Positions 1-9,110 of a stretch of DNA of 64,000 bases are shown here, one piece after another. The stretch is taken from assembly GCA_030424715.1 (NCBI GenBank), contig JAUHWH010000004.1, positions 32,437 to 96,436 of the forward strand, read 5' to 3'. The notes beneath the pieces are model-generated. The model saw nothing but the letters and a program-made list of their open reading frames with translations, had not been told where the DNA came from and did no database searches. The position numbers and the translations under genes are program-made. This DNA is from Bdellovibrionia bacterium. Lineage in GTDB: Bacteria; Bdellovibrionota; Bdellovibrionia; Bdellovibrionales; JAGQZY01. Numbering within the stretch: the stretch's first letter is position 1; each line of letters starts with the position of its first letter.

Positions 1-959
1 TGGTCTTGGTTCCACTCAAAGTTGACATCGACTTTTGGTAAAATGTTGTTTGTCCCCAAGCGGACATCCAGCTCTGCTTGTTTTTCTTGAGACCGTAACT
101 CTTGAAGCTCAAGGCTTTTGGCTTTTGCTTGTTGATAGACAGGGAGACTGTCTGGGATCGAAGTTAAAACTTCATTAGAGATATCCGGGATCTCGGCGCC
201 AGTGAGCGACTGTGGGGTTCCGTTAACGTCACGATAAAATAAAGATAAGTAGTAGCTGGCTTTTTTAAACTCATATTCGCTTTTTAAAACACTGACCCGA
301 CGTTTTTGAATGTACTGATTGTTCTCAGCTTCATATATGCGAGCCAGGTCTCCTGCTCGAATGCGTTTTTTGAGATTACGAGCTCTGTCCAGAGCAAGAC
401 TGAGGATGTTTTTAAAAACCTTTAACTCGTGCCCTTTGATGACCCAAGTCCAGTAGGCTTGAAGCGCCATGGTCTGAACATTAATCTTCACTTGTTCCAA
501 GCGAATCTTGGCCTGTAAGGTATCTTGTTGACGAATCCGCCAAGTGTACCGGTTTTTATCGATCAGTGAGTCTCGCAAAAGAGACAGCGAGACACCGGCG
601 TAGTTCTCGCCACCGGAGAGAGTTTCAAACTTTCCTTCGTAACTCGGAAAGCTCCCGTACGACTGCCTTTTGCCGGCATAAACTTTTGTGTTTAAAAAGG
701 TAAAGGGTTTTTCAATTTGCGCCTTATAGGCATCGCCCGAATAGTAGCCCTTCGTGCGCGCATCAACTTCAGATTTAATTTTAGCGTCAAAGGCTCCGAG
801 AGATTCTCTGGCTTGTCCTTCGTTCATCTCGACACTCTGGATGGCTTCGATAACCTTAGGGAAGTGCTCCAAGCTCGATTTCACGACATCCTCTGGGGTG
901 ATCGCAAAAGCCGCCAAGGGCAGAAAGCTTACAAGAAATGAGCAACACCAAGATCTCAT
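1..959 (-). CDS. TolC-family outer-membrane channel protein (partial; 3' end runs off the left edge)
   Basis: Absent from the ORF track because it has no stop inside the window. My hand translation of the minus strand from ATG 959-957 stays open to base 1: MRSWCCSFLVSFLPLAAFAITPEDVVKSSLEHFPKVIEAIQSVEMNEGQ... It has a signal peptide and a TolC/OEP-like helical repeat pattern. Its ATG overlaps the TGA of the upstream gene (ATGA). Confidence 0.7.
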   Translation of the reverse strand, partial: MRSWCCSFLVSFLPLAAFAITPEDVVKSSLEHFPKVIEAIQSVEMNEGQARESLGAFDAKIKSEVDARTKGYYSGDAYKAQIEKPFTFLNTKVYAGKRQSYGSFPSYEGKFETLSGGENYAGVSLSLLRDSLIDKNRYTWRIRQQDTLQAKIRLEQVKINVQTMALQAYWTWVIKGHELKVFKNILSLALDRARNLKKRIRAGDLARIYEAENNQYIQKRRVSVLKSEYEFKKASYYLSLFYRDVNGTPQSLTGAEIPDISNEVLTSIPDSLPVYQQAKAKSLELQELRSQEKQAELDVRLGTNNILPKVDVNFEWNQD

Positions 960-3001
960 TTCTTAGACCCTGGCTGAGAGAGGTTACCGGGAGCATTCCT
1001 CATCGATTTAGGAAAGCCATTAATTTGTCGCCAGATTTCGTATCCAACAGAAACTTCATCAAGAAGAACGATCCCGATGGCGCGAGAGCCTTGGCGCAAA
1101 ATGGTTTGGTCGGGCCAGCTAACAGGGTCATCCGGGTCGGGCTTGATCAAAATGCGGAAGGTTCCGTTGGCAGAAACAGAAGGGTCGACCACAGAAACAA
1201 TACCCCCAAAGCTACCGATGGCAATCGAGGGCCATCCACTAAACTGAATGGCGGGCCAGCCCTCAAATTGCAATCTCACTTTGCGCCCGGCGAAGACGAG
1301 GGGTAAGTCGTTGCCATCGATAAAGAGCTCGACAGCATTGTCGTTAGACTGAGGGACAAATTCAACCAGAGCTTCTCCCACTTTGACGTTGGTGGTCCCA
1401 GAGCCTAATAAGATTCGTAAGATTTGGCCATCGCGAGGGGCGGTGATCACTTGCTGTTGCTGTCTGGAAACTTCGACTTCTGCTTTGGCTAAACTGGCAG
1501 CAGCGGCGGCCTCTTCGGCTCGAAGCTTTTTGTATTTAATCTTTGCTGATTCAAACTCTTTGGGGGAGCTGAGGCCTTCAGCAACAAGCTTTTCTTGTCG
1601 GTGAAAATTAAGGCGGCCAGTGTCGCTGGCCTCTCGAGCGGCTTCAAACTTTGCCACGGCGGCGTCGCGCTGGGCCTCGAGTCGCACTAAATAGTTGGGG
1701 TCGTTGTCGATCACGCGAACAATAGGATCACCCTTTTTGACAAATTGCCCATCTTGGATGAGCCACTCTTCCACTACACCTTTTACCGTAGCTGTGATCG
1801 TTTGCACGCGATCATTGGGGTTGTAGGCCAGCACTTGTCCTTCGCCGCGGCTAAACTGTTGCCAAGGGGCAATGAGGAGAACAACGACAACGGCCAGAGT
1901 TCCAATCAAAAAATTTCGAAAAATGGTTTTGTAGTTCTCGGGGCTGTAAATCGAACGAATGGACTTGAAGCCTTCGTGAAAAAGCTGGTTTTTTCTGTCG
2001 ATTAAAGGGTTTTCGTTTTTACTCTCTTTGGGCGCTGTTAGCTGGCAGTCTTCGATGTACTCGTAGAAGATGTGAACTTTCTTGGAGGCCGCAAAAAGAT
2101 CATAAAAAGACTCGAGATACTTTTTTGCATATAAGAAATGCGAAAGAATGGCGTTGACCACAATCTCCGCCGCAACTAGCTGTCCAACACTCAGTTGGTT
2201 CTTGATGACGAGGTATCCCCCCAGTGCCAGCAATAGGGCATTGAGCAAGGCATAAAAAGAAACGTACATAATGTTTTGTATAAAGACGGTGCGAAAGTGG
2301 TGAGCTCTTTTGTTTAAGAAACCTTGGATGGCGTCGTCCGTTGTCTGCAGCTTCTCTTCGAAGTGCTCTTCGCTCATGGCATCGATGTCGAGCTTCTTTA
2401 TGTGATTTGCGACCACATATTTTTGGGTCGACTCGTCAACGGAGGACTGCAGTCCCTTGGCTCCTAAAAGAAACCAAGGCGTTACAATAGCAATGATGAT
2501 CAATAATCCGAAAATAATAAAGAAGGGGTGGTAAAGGGTGATCAGAATAAGGCCGATACAGGTCTGCAGCGCAACAGCAACACCATCGGTGATGAGGTAG
2601 GCCAGGTTTTTATAGACCAAGATGACATCAAAGTAGCGGTTGGCTTTGTCGTCGATGACGCGGTTGCCGACTTTATGTTTGATTAAGTAAGCACGACTAA
2701 TATTTGCCGTCACTTTTGCGTAAAGCTTTCGCTGCAGGTACTCGACCAGGAGAAACTGTAAAGATTTCATGAGTCCGAGAATGGTCAATAGACCAAGCAA
2801 GATCATGCTCAAAACAAAAATGGGTTGGAAATAGGGCCCAAAAGAAAAGGTGTTTACCAAAGACTGCACCGAGATCGGTGTGGCTAAAGTGAGTATGCTA
2901 ATGCAGATCGAATAGATCACGATGATTGGGTAGTATTCGCGAAATTGAACGATGATGCCCTTGAGAGCTTTGAGATTAGTCGATTCCATTAACATCTCCA
3001 A
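956..3001 (-). CDS. Fusion protein: ABC-exporter-type transmembrane domain (6 TM, no ATPase domain) joined to a HlyD-family membrane-fusion (periplasmic adaptor) domain
   Basis: The N-terminal ~320 aa have the ABC_membrane pattern (TM pairs, ...ANRYFDVILVYKNLAYLITDGVAVALQTC...). An extra TM follows, then a HlyD-like lipoyl/coiled-coil/beta-barrel region (VKGVVEEWLIQDGQFVKKGDPIVRV... ITAPRDGQIL). No Walker A/B or ABC signature is present. Confidence 0.7.
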   Translation of the reverse strand: MEMLMESTNLKALKGIIVQFREYYPIIVIYSICISILTLATPISVQSLVNTFSFGPYFQPIFVLSMILLGLLTILGLMKSLQFLLVEYLQRKLYAKVTANISRAYLIKHKVGNRVIDDKANRYFDVILVYKNLAYLITDGVAVALQTCIGLILITLYHPFFIIFGLLIIIAIVTPWFLLGAKGLQSSVDESTQKYVVANHIKKLDIDAMSEEHFEEKLQTTDDAIQGFLNKRAHHFRTVFIQNIMYVSFYALLNALLLALGGYLVIKNQLSVGQLVAAEIVVNAILSHFLYAKKYLESFYDLFAASKKVHIFYEYIEDCQLTAPKESKNENPLIDRKNQLFHEGFKSIRSIYSPENYKTIFRNFLIGTLAVVVVLLIAPWQQFSRGEGQVLAYNPNDRVQTITATVKGVVEEWLIQDGQFVKKGDPIVRVIDNDPNYLVRLEAQRDAAVAKFEAAREASDTGRLNFHRQEKLVAEGLSSPKEFESAKIKYKKLRAEEAAAAASLAKAEVEVSRQQQQVITAPRDGQILRILLGSGTTNVKVGEALVEFVPQSNDNAVELFIDGNDLPLVFAGRKVRLQFEGWPAIQFSGWPSIAIGSFGGIVSVVDPSVSANGTFRILIKPDPDDPVSWPDQTILRQGSRAIGIVLLDEVSVGYEIWRQINGFPKSMRNAPGNLSQPGSKK

Positions 3002-3168
3002 ATTTGCTGAAAGTATATAAAATTATGCAGACGGAGGGAAGGATTATAAGCCTTGGCTCGGGACTCCAAGGAAATTCTTTGTGCCTTGTTTCCCCTCAAG
3101 ATCAGGTTCTGCCGTGGGTGAGATCCAGTGAGTTTTTCCATAGAAGCCTCTGAAGTCGGCCGTGCGGC

Positions 3169-4101
3169 TTAGACTTTGTAAATGATCTGCACCAGTTGAT
3201 AGAACAGGGGAATCCCTACCAGAACATTAAAAGGAAATGTTACGCCCAGAGAGCTTCCCAGGGAAAGGCTTAGGTTGGCTTCGGGTAAAGACAGTCGCAT
3301 TGCTGCCGGAACAGCGATATACGACGAACTGGCACCAAGAATCGTTAAAATGAGGGTGCCGCCCATGGATAGCCCCATAGCATAACCCATGGCCATGGCA
3401 ATGGTGCCGGATAGCATCGGCATTCCGATTCCGAATCCAATGATAAAAGCGCCATGACGTCGGACTTCACCGAGCTTTTCAGTCACCGTAAATCCCATTT
3501 CTACAAGAAAAAGAGCTAGGACACCGTAAAAGAGATCTACGAAAAGAGTGTTATAAGGTGTCAGCTTTTCCGGCCCGGCAATCCAACCTATGATCATGCC
3601 GCCCAGAAGTAGGACCACAGCTTTACTTCTCAAGGTTTCTTTGAACAGCGAGGGAAAATGGGTGTTTTTAGACTCTCTTTTCGCAATGATAAGTCCAACC
3701 ACGATAGCGGGAACCTCCAGGATGATAATAAACAGCGGTACATAGGGCTCAAAACTGACATTGTGGGCGTTCAAAAAGGCTATGCAAACGGCAAAGGTAC
3801 CCACACTGACTGAACCGTAGTGGGCGGCGAGGGAGGCAGAGTCAACCAGGCTAATATGCCCAACTTTATTTAAAATAGGAAAGGCAATCATCGGAATAAT
3901 GAGGCCCAGGCTAGACACCATCAACACCGTTGGGAGAAGGTCAAAGAGATTTTGACCATACAGCTCCATCCCACCTTTCAGTCCAATCGTTAATAGTAGT
4001 AGAATCGTAAGGAGTTCGCTAATGGGTGCACTAAACTTGATCTGGCACTTTAGAACTCCGGCAATGATACCAAACAGAAAAAACAATATAATGGGGTCCA
4101 C
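3169..4101 (-). CDS. SbtA-like sodium-dependent bicarbonate transport family permease (DUF897)
   Basis: Polytopic membrane protein with a GTG start. The C-terminal pattern LGASSSYIAVPAAMRLSLPEANLSLSLGSSLGVTFPFNVLVGIPLF parallels cyanobacterial SbtA. Confidence 0.7.
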   Translation of the reverse strand: MDPIILFFLFGIIAGVLKCQIKFSAPISELLTILLLLTIGLKGGMELYGQNLFDLLPTVLMVSSLGLIIPMIAFPILNKVGHISLVDSASLAAHYGSVSVGTFAVCIAFLNAHNVSFEPYVPLFIIILEVPAIVVGLIIAKRESKNTHFPSLFKETLRSKAVVLLLGGMIIGWIAGPEKLTPYNTLFVDLFYGVLALFLVEMGFTVTEKLGEVRRHGAFIIGFGIGMPMLSGTIAMAMGYAMGLSMGGTLILTILGASSSYIAVPAAMRLSLPEANLSLSLGSSLGVTFPFNVLVGIPLFYQLVQIIYKV

Positions 4102-4109
4102 GTCGAATC

Positions 4110-4244
4110 CTATTTCTTAGAGATTTTGATGTTTTGATTTCTATCTCTTTGTAAGAAATCCACGAGGCAGAGTGAGACGACGATCCCGATGACTAACATC
4201 GAGGCTTCTAGGTTGTACTGCAGGGATGTGACCATATCGCTCAT
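4110..4244 (-). CDS. Unannotated 44-aa single-TM micro-protein upstream of the SbtA-like gene
   Basis: Hand-translated: MSDMVTSLQYNLEASMLVIGIVVSLCLVDFLQRDRNQNIKISKK*. A GAAGGAG Shine-Dalgarno lies 5 nt upstream of the ATG, and the stop is 8 nt before the sbtA-like GTG. It is below the 60-aa cutoff of the ORF track. Confidence 0.35.
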   Translation of the reverse strand: MSDMVTSLQYNLEASMLVIGIVVSLCLVDFLQRDRNQNIKISKK

Positions 4245-4364
4245 GAGGACTCCTTCGGTTGGTCAGGGACATCGATGTCACTGATTGATTTCAGCATACC
4301 GAAGAAGCAGTGTTCATTTAAATATATAGTAATTATAATATTTATCGCTAAAAACGATTAATTC

Positions 4365-5255
4365 TTAAGCCAAGAAATCATCGATCAGCTTTTGATGAAA
4401 GCTCTTTTTAAGGGAGATGGCGTAAAAGTCCACTGCTGTGAGTTCATCGAGACGAATACGAGAGAGCTGCCCGGAGTCGAGGTCTTCTTGGACGCCGATC
4501 TCGGGGACAACGGCCACGCCGCGCCCCGAATTGGCCATAAAGCGTAGCAGCGAGATGTCGTCGGTGGTCATAGGAACCTGGGCTTGTATATTAAAACGAG
4601 GTTCAAGAACCTCTGGTACCACATTTTTTTCGTAGTAGTGGCTAAAGAGAAAAACAGGCATGTCGATTTGTGTTTTGCGCTTTGTTTTGAGTTTCTTGAT
4701 GAGCTCTGGTTTACCCGCGATACAAATCGAACTGGATTTCACCTTACGGAAAACCATGTCGATAAGGTCTTTTTTACGGGGGATCTCAAGACTAAAAATG
4801 AGGTCGACTTCTAGGGATTTAAGGAGCTGACTGAGCTCTGAAAAGGACCCATCAATGATGTTCATATGGGGTTGTTCATTCTCGCTCATATGCTGGATGA
4901 TCATTCGGAAAATAAAGTTTCTTGAAATGCCACCGACGATGCCAATGCGAATTTGCTGGTTCGGGACCAGATCATTTTTATCGCGAAAGATATGGTTGAT
5001 TTCGGTACTTTTATTAAAGATATCGTCGGCGTATTTTAAAAGATCGGCGCCCACAGGAGTGATTTTAAGGGAGCGGGTGGTTCTCTCCAGCAATTGTTCG
5101 CCGAGGTAGTCTTCGAGCTGAGAGACTTGGTCGCTGATGGCTGATTGGGACACTAATATTTTGTTTGAGGCCTTCTGAAAGCCCCCGTAGCGGCAAACGG
5201 ACCAAAAGGCGTAAAGATGTCTAAAGTTTAACCATTCCATACTTCGATATATCAT
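4365..5255 (-). CDS. LysR-family transcriptional regulator (NhaR-like N-terminus)
   Basis: N-terminal HTH LNFRHLYAFWSVCRYGGFQKASNKILVSQSAISDQVSQLEDYLG, followed by a LysR substrate-binding-type C-terminal domain. Confidence 0.8.
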   Translation of the reverse strand: MIYRSMEWLNFRHLYAFWSVCRYGGFQKASNKILVSQSAISDQVSQLEDYLGEQLLERTTRSLKITPVGADLLKYADDIFNKSTEINHIFRDKNDLVPNQQIRIGIVGGISRNFIFRMIIQHMSENEQPHMNIIDGSFSELSQLLKSLEVDLIFSLEIPRKKDLIDMVFRKVKSSSICIAGKPELIKKLKTKRKTQIDMPVFLFSHYYEKNVVPEVLEPRFNIQAQVPMTTDDISLLRFMANSGRGVAVVPEIGVQEDLDSGQLSRIRLDELTAVDFYAISLKKSFHQKLIDDFLA

Positions 5256-5363
5256 AATTTTCGATAAATACCATATTTTTTATATATTTTTTCAAGGCTC
5301 GATTCTGGGTTACTTTTAAGGAGTGGAGGACTCATCCTCTACCACGATCAGAAGGAGCAACCA

Positions 5364-5798
5364 ATGAGCCGGCTAGACGTAGATAAAATCTCAGGCAAGA
5401 CCCTACAATTTGTGTGGCAAGATTCTATGCATGAAACCTCCGTGAGAGTTTGTCTCCCGCATCTTGACGGTATCAAGCCGTCTGTTTGGGGCGACTGGGG
5501 ACCTGTGTATAATTTTTCGTTATCAAATGATCAGGTTTTACGCTTCTATTACGACGACAACCACACCGATGTTTCTGCTAAAAATCTAACGGTGCATTCT
5601 CCTGTTCTGGCGAAAGATCGAAAGGTGTACCCTTTTGCCATCCGGGTCGAGGACCCAGAGCGAGGACTGGTTCTTTGCTTTTTCCTAAAGCATAGCTATG
5701 AAGTGGGTAAAGTCGAAGTGGAAAGAGCGAAAGACAACGTCAAATTGTTCACCCAAAGTCTCGACGAGTCCAATATCCAAGAAGCGCGGGCCATGTAG
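5364..5798 (+). CDS. Hypothetical cytoplasmic protein
   Basis: 144-aa ORF with a GAAGGAG RBS 7 nt upstream. No motif recognised. Confidence 0.5.
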   Translation: MSRLDVDKISGKTLQFVWQDSMHETSVRVCLPHLDGIKPSVWGDWGPVYNFSLSNDQVLRFYYDDNHTDVSAKNLTVHSPVLAKDRKVYPFAIRVEDPERGLVLCFFLKHSYEVGKVEVERAKDNVKLFTQSLDESNIQEARAM

Positions 5799-5886
5799 TC
5801 CATGCGGCCATGGGTCCCTCAGTCACCAGCTCAGAGGGCCGGATCAATCCTTGCTGGAAAAGAGGAGGGAATTGTGACAGTCTCTT

Positions 5887-6555
5887 ATGGTGTTTTGTCG
5901 TTGTCCTCTCTCTCTTTTTAGTCTTCTGGCGATCCTCGTCTTGGATGCTCGTGCTGACACCGTGCAGAGGCCCCAGGCTTGGAGTATTCTACGCTACAAC
6001 CATGACTTGAGTGATGATGAGTCCCTGGGCGCTCAAGCCCAAAACCGCTATGACTTTCGGTCGAACCTGGGTTTTGAAGAGCAGTTCAATTTTTTTTACG
6101 ACCGTCCTCTTTGGGGGCAGCCCGTCACTTTTATTCTCACTCTTGGAAGCACAAAGGGTTACCAGCGCTTGAGTGAACTACGATACGCGCTTCAGGGTGG
6201 GCGCAATTACACGGTCAATTCTCGATGGCAATACAACTGGCGTCTTCGTCATGAGCTGCGTGACTTCAGAAGCGGTGAGCCCATTGCCCATCGGTTCCGT
6301 ATTCGTAACGAAGTTTCGAGGTCCCTGACTTCCCAATGGATTGACGAGTTGAGCTTGAGTGGTGAGTTTAATTTTTACCTCAATAAGGTGATGTCGCAGC
6401 GACAGGGGCTCTCTTCTTATCGTACCATCCTAGGCGGAACTTGGGAGGCCTCGTGGGGGACTTGGGGACTCGCTTACCTTAACGACTTTCGATGGCAACC
6501 CAACGGTAAGGAGATCCGCCACGTCCTTGTATGGTCAATGCTTTATGGGGAGTAG
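5887..6555 (+). CDS. Secreted beta-rich protein, possibly an outer-membrane beta-barrel (DUF2490-like)
   Basis: Signal peptide MVFCRCPLSLFSLLAILVLDARA. Alternating aromatic/polar beta-strand pattern, rich in R/Y/W/N. Confidence 0.4.
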   Translation: MVFCRCPLSLFSLLAILVLDARADTVQRPQAWSILRYNHDLSDDESLGAQAQNRYDFRSNLGFEEQFNFFYDRPLWGQPVTFILTLGSTKGYQRLSELRYALQGGRNYTVNSRWQYNWRLRHELRDFRSGEPIAHRFRIRNEVSRSLTSQWIDELSLSGEFNFYLNKVMSQRQGLSSYRTILGGTWEASWGTWGLAYLNDFRWQPNGKEIRHVLVWSMLYGE

Positions 6556-6561
6556 CGCTTG

Positions 6562-6906
6562 ATGAAAAATGATTCTGATATTGGAGTCAAAATTGATTTG
6601 GCTGGTGAACGTGAGTTGCGAGTTCCCAAAGGGATCAATTTACGTCAGGCTTTGCGCGGCGAGTTTTCGTTTCTTTACCACCCCAAAATGCGCCCCATCC
6701 ATTGCCGAGGCTTGGGCACCTGTGGCACCTGTGCGGTGTCAGTCAAAGGGTTGGTTTCGCCTCCAACAGCTATGGAACGCTGGCGGTTGAATTTTCCTCC
6801 TCACAAAATGTCTTTGGAGAAGGGGCTGCGCCTGGCTTGCCAGACCCAGGTTTTGGGCGATGTCGTGGTTGAAAAGAAGGCGGGGCTGTGGGGCTCAATT
6901 TCTTGA
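6562..6906 (+). CDS. [2Fe-2S] ferredoxin-like iron-sulfur protein
   Basis: Cys pattern HCRGLGTCGTCAV ... RLACQT, typical of plant-type 2Fe-2S binding domains. ATG at 6562 (the track starts at TTG 6559). Confidence 0.6.
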   Translation: MKNDSDIGVKIDLAGERELRVPKGINLRQALRGEFSFLYHPKMRPIHCRGLGTCGTCAVSVKGLVSPPTAMERWRLNFPPHKMSLEKGLRLACQTQVLGDVVVEKKAGLWGSIS

Positions 6907-6922
6907 AGCCGAGCTTCAAAAT

Positions 6923-6950
6923 AAAAAAGAGGCTTCGGCCTCTTTTTTTT
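6923..6950. terminator. Rho-independent bidirectional terminator
   Basis: AAAAAGAGGC-TTCG-GCCTCTTTTTTTT: a GC stem flanked by an A-run and a T-run, lying between convergent genes. Confidence 0.75.
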
Positions 6951-6984
6951 AGTTCTCAATTAACGATGAATGTTTAAAAAATCA

Positions 6985-8295
6985 TTACCATTCGGGCCAA
7001 TCTGGAACTTCGCACCCCGGCACTGAGTTCACGAGATCCAATACGTCTTGGCGCTTGTTTAGCAGCATGGTCCGGTCGAAATTCGGCGCTTCGTCTCGGG
7101 CACCACGTACGATGGCACATTCGATGAGGGCTTCCGAAATTGTTTTATACCCAAGCGTCCAATAGTTCCAACCAGTAGCCCTGGGGTCACGGTTGAACCA
7201 TTCACGATAAATATCACGGACGAAGCGCTGACGATCAAAGAATTCAGAATTGTCGTTTGGAGCTGATGCCGTGTAGTTATTGACGCACTCGTTGGAGGAC
7301 GGGCTGCACCCCTGGCCTTCGCGAACTTCGACAGCGCTATCACACTGTTGAGCCATTCGATTTTCTAGTTCAATTTCAAAATTAGGCGTGTCACTCGAGA
7401 CAGTGCCAGTGAGTCCACTGTTGACCATCGTGGCCTCGGCCCCTGAAATCGTACTCCATTGGCTATTTTCACAACGTCGGTTTTGTTTGAAACACGTGGC
7501 AGCTACATTAAACCGACCGGCGTTTTGGCCAGTGGTCTCCCAAGAGACATTGGTGACAACGATGGGGACAACGGCATTTTGCCCGGGCTCAGTCGTCACC
7601 GTTTCTGATGTTGCCACAGAGCTACCGTTTTGGTAGATGCGAGACTCACAGGATCCGGGAGTGGCATCCCCCCCGCCTGGGTTCAACCAAGCGTAGACTG
7701 GTTGGTTCAAAGACTGGATAAAGTTTCGTGCCATTTCGGCTTTATTAGCGAGAACATAGTTTTTGTCCGACTGAATAGGGCCTTCAAGAAAAAGATATTC
7801 TGCTTGGGTGCGACTGACTGTTTGTAGAACGCCAACCCAATAGTCTTTACCGTCGACATCGGGCGTGCGACCGAACCACTTTAAGTAGAGGCCATCCACA
7901 AAATCAGAGTCCCCATTTGATGAAGAAGAATTACAGGTGTAACTCAGACAACCACCAGCGACCGATTGATTCAGTGTCTGACCGGCGCCGCAGGTTGGGA
8001 TACCAAGAGATGGGTTACACAAAGGAGTGCCTGGGTTACGAGAGCCACCGTCGCCGCTGCCACTGCAGGCAAATTTGGGGCAACCATTGGAGTGATAGTG
8101 TTGCGGTAGGCTGTCAATGCCGGTGCAGTCCACAAAAGTCGTGCTGTCGGAACAAAAAGCCATGTCTCCGTTCGTTGAGTTGGTTTGTGACTGGGGTGTC
8201 GACTTGACGCCTCCGCAGTTTTGAAAGCCAACGACAACGGCGACCGCTGCGACAAGATAAGCAACCTTTAATGAATGTTTACGAAAAATAGACAT
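6985..8295 (-). CDS. Cys-rich lipoprotein with two DUF4214-like repeats
   Basis: Lipobox ...VVVGFQNCGG. Repeats DGLYLKWFGRTPDVDGKDYWVGVL and VRDIYREWFNRDPRATGWNYWTLGY. The ATG at 8295 has a GGGAG RBS (the track starts at 8310). Confidence 0.6.
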   Translation of the reverse strand: MSIFRKHSLKVAYLVAAVAVVVGFQNCGGVKSTPQSQTNSTNGDMAFCSDSTTFVDCTGIDSLPQHYHSNGCPKFACSGSGDGGSRNPGTPLCNPSLGIPTCGAGQTLNQSVAGGCLSYTCNSSSSNGDSDFVDGLYLKWFGRTPDVDGKDYWVGVLQTVSRTQAEYLFLEGPIQSDKNYVLANKAEMARNFIQSLNQPVYAWLNPGGGDATPGSCESRIYQNGSSVATSETVTTEPGQNAVVPIVVTNVSWETTGQNAGRFNVAATCFKQNRRCENSQWSTISGAEATMVNSGLTGTVSSDTPNFEIELENRMAQQCDSAVEVREGQGCSPSSNECVNNYTASAPNDNSEFFDRQRFVRDIYREWFNRDPRATGWNYWTLGYKTISEALIECAIVRGARDEAPNFDRTMLLNKRQDVLDLVNSVPGCEVPDWPEW

Positions 8296-8567
8296 ATCTC
8301 CCACCCCCATGTTCGATAATGCTTAAGTCATAATGTTAGCATGTTTTTTGTATCGGTCTTGAATTTTCGCTTTCCTGTTTCGTAGTGAGACAGGACCGTC
8401 TCAAAATGATAAATTAGGCTCTAAGATCGACGTTGGGCTGTCGCGTGGCTGCCTAAAAACAGTGCTAAAACGAACGGACCTTGGTTGGGGTGGGGGCACT
8501 GAATCACACTTGGTTCCAATCAAGAATCGTACTATAAAAGCATTGCACGCCAAGAAAAGGAGTCATC

Positions 8568-9110
8568 ATGGGCCAGGTTGTGGGCATTATCGGCAGTCTT
8601 AGAGAAAAATCCTATCATCGCCTTATTTTTAATCAATATAAAGACATGGCGAAAGACAGCTTTGATCTCGTAGAAGCACCCATAGGGGAGATCCCCATGT
8701 TCAATCAAGACGTGCTCGATTCTGATGGACTTCCGGCCTCGGTATCCTCAGTGGTTGACCAGATTCGTCAGGCTCAAGGGGTGATCTTCTTTAGTCCGGA
8801 GTACAACTACTCCGTACCCGGTGTTTTAAAAAATGCTTTGGATTGGATCTCAAGAGCGGATGATCAACCCCTTAACGGTAAGCCGTCGGCGATCATCGGA
8901 GCCAGCCCGGGCAATATCGGGACGGCTCGCATGCAGTACCATTTGCGTCAAATTGCTGTGTTTCTAAATATGAACGTACTCAACAAGCCAGAGGTGATGA
9001 TCTCTCGCGTGATGGAAAAAGTTGCAGAAGAAAAAATCTCAGACTCCAAGACAGAGGAGTTTCTCAAGAAGCACATTGCCGTCTTTGCCAAGTTTGCGGA
9101 GAAGTGGTGA
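8568..9110 (+). CDS. NAD(P)H-dependent FMN reductase family oxidoreductase
   Basis: Flavodoxin-like fold motifs VGIIGSLR...FFSPEYNYSVPGVLKNALDWISR. AAGGAG RBS. Confidence 0.8.
   Translation: MGQVVGIIGSLREKSYHRLIFNQYKDMAKDSFDLVEAPIGEIPMFNQDVLDSDGLPASVSSVVDQIRQAQGVIFFSPEYNYSVPGVLKNALDWISRADDQPLNGKPSAIIGASPGNIGTARMQYHLRQIAVFLNMNVLNKPEVMISRVMEKVAEEKISDSKTEEFLKKHIAVFAKFAEKW

Noticed and set aside
717-1306. Plus-strand ORFs 717..941, 754..966 and 938..1306 at the left end.
   Set aside because: The minus strand here encodes a continuous TolC-like ORF and the HlyD-fusion gene with recognisable motifs. The plus-strand ORFs are shadows.
7059-8264. Overlapping and antisense ORFs inside long genes. Examples: 7059..7343, 7388..7636, 7917..8207 and 7971..8264. 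Similar cases are 10769..11191, 19633..19989, 45077..45454, 55249..55651 and 48556..48799.
   Set aside because: They lie inside, or antisense to, ORFs with clear family motifs. They lack ribosome-binding sites and have biased, low-complexity translations typical of shadow frames.
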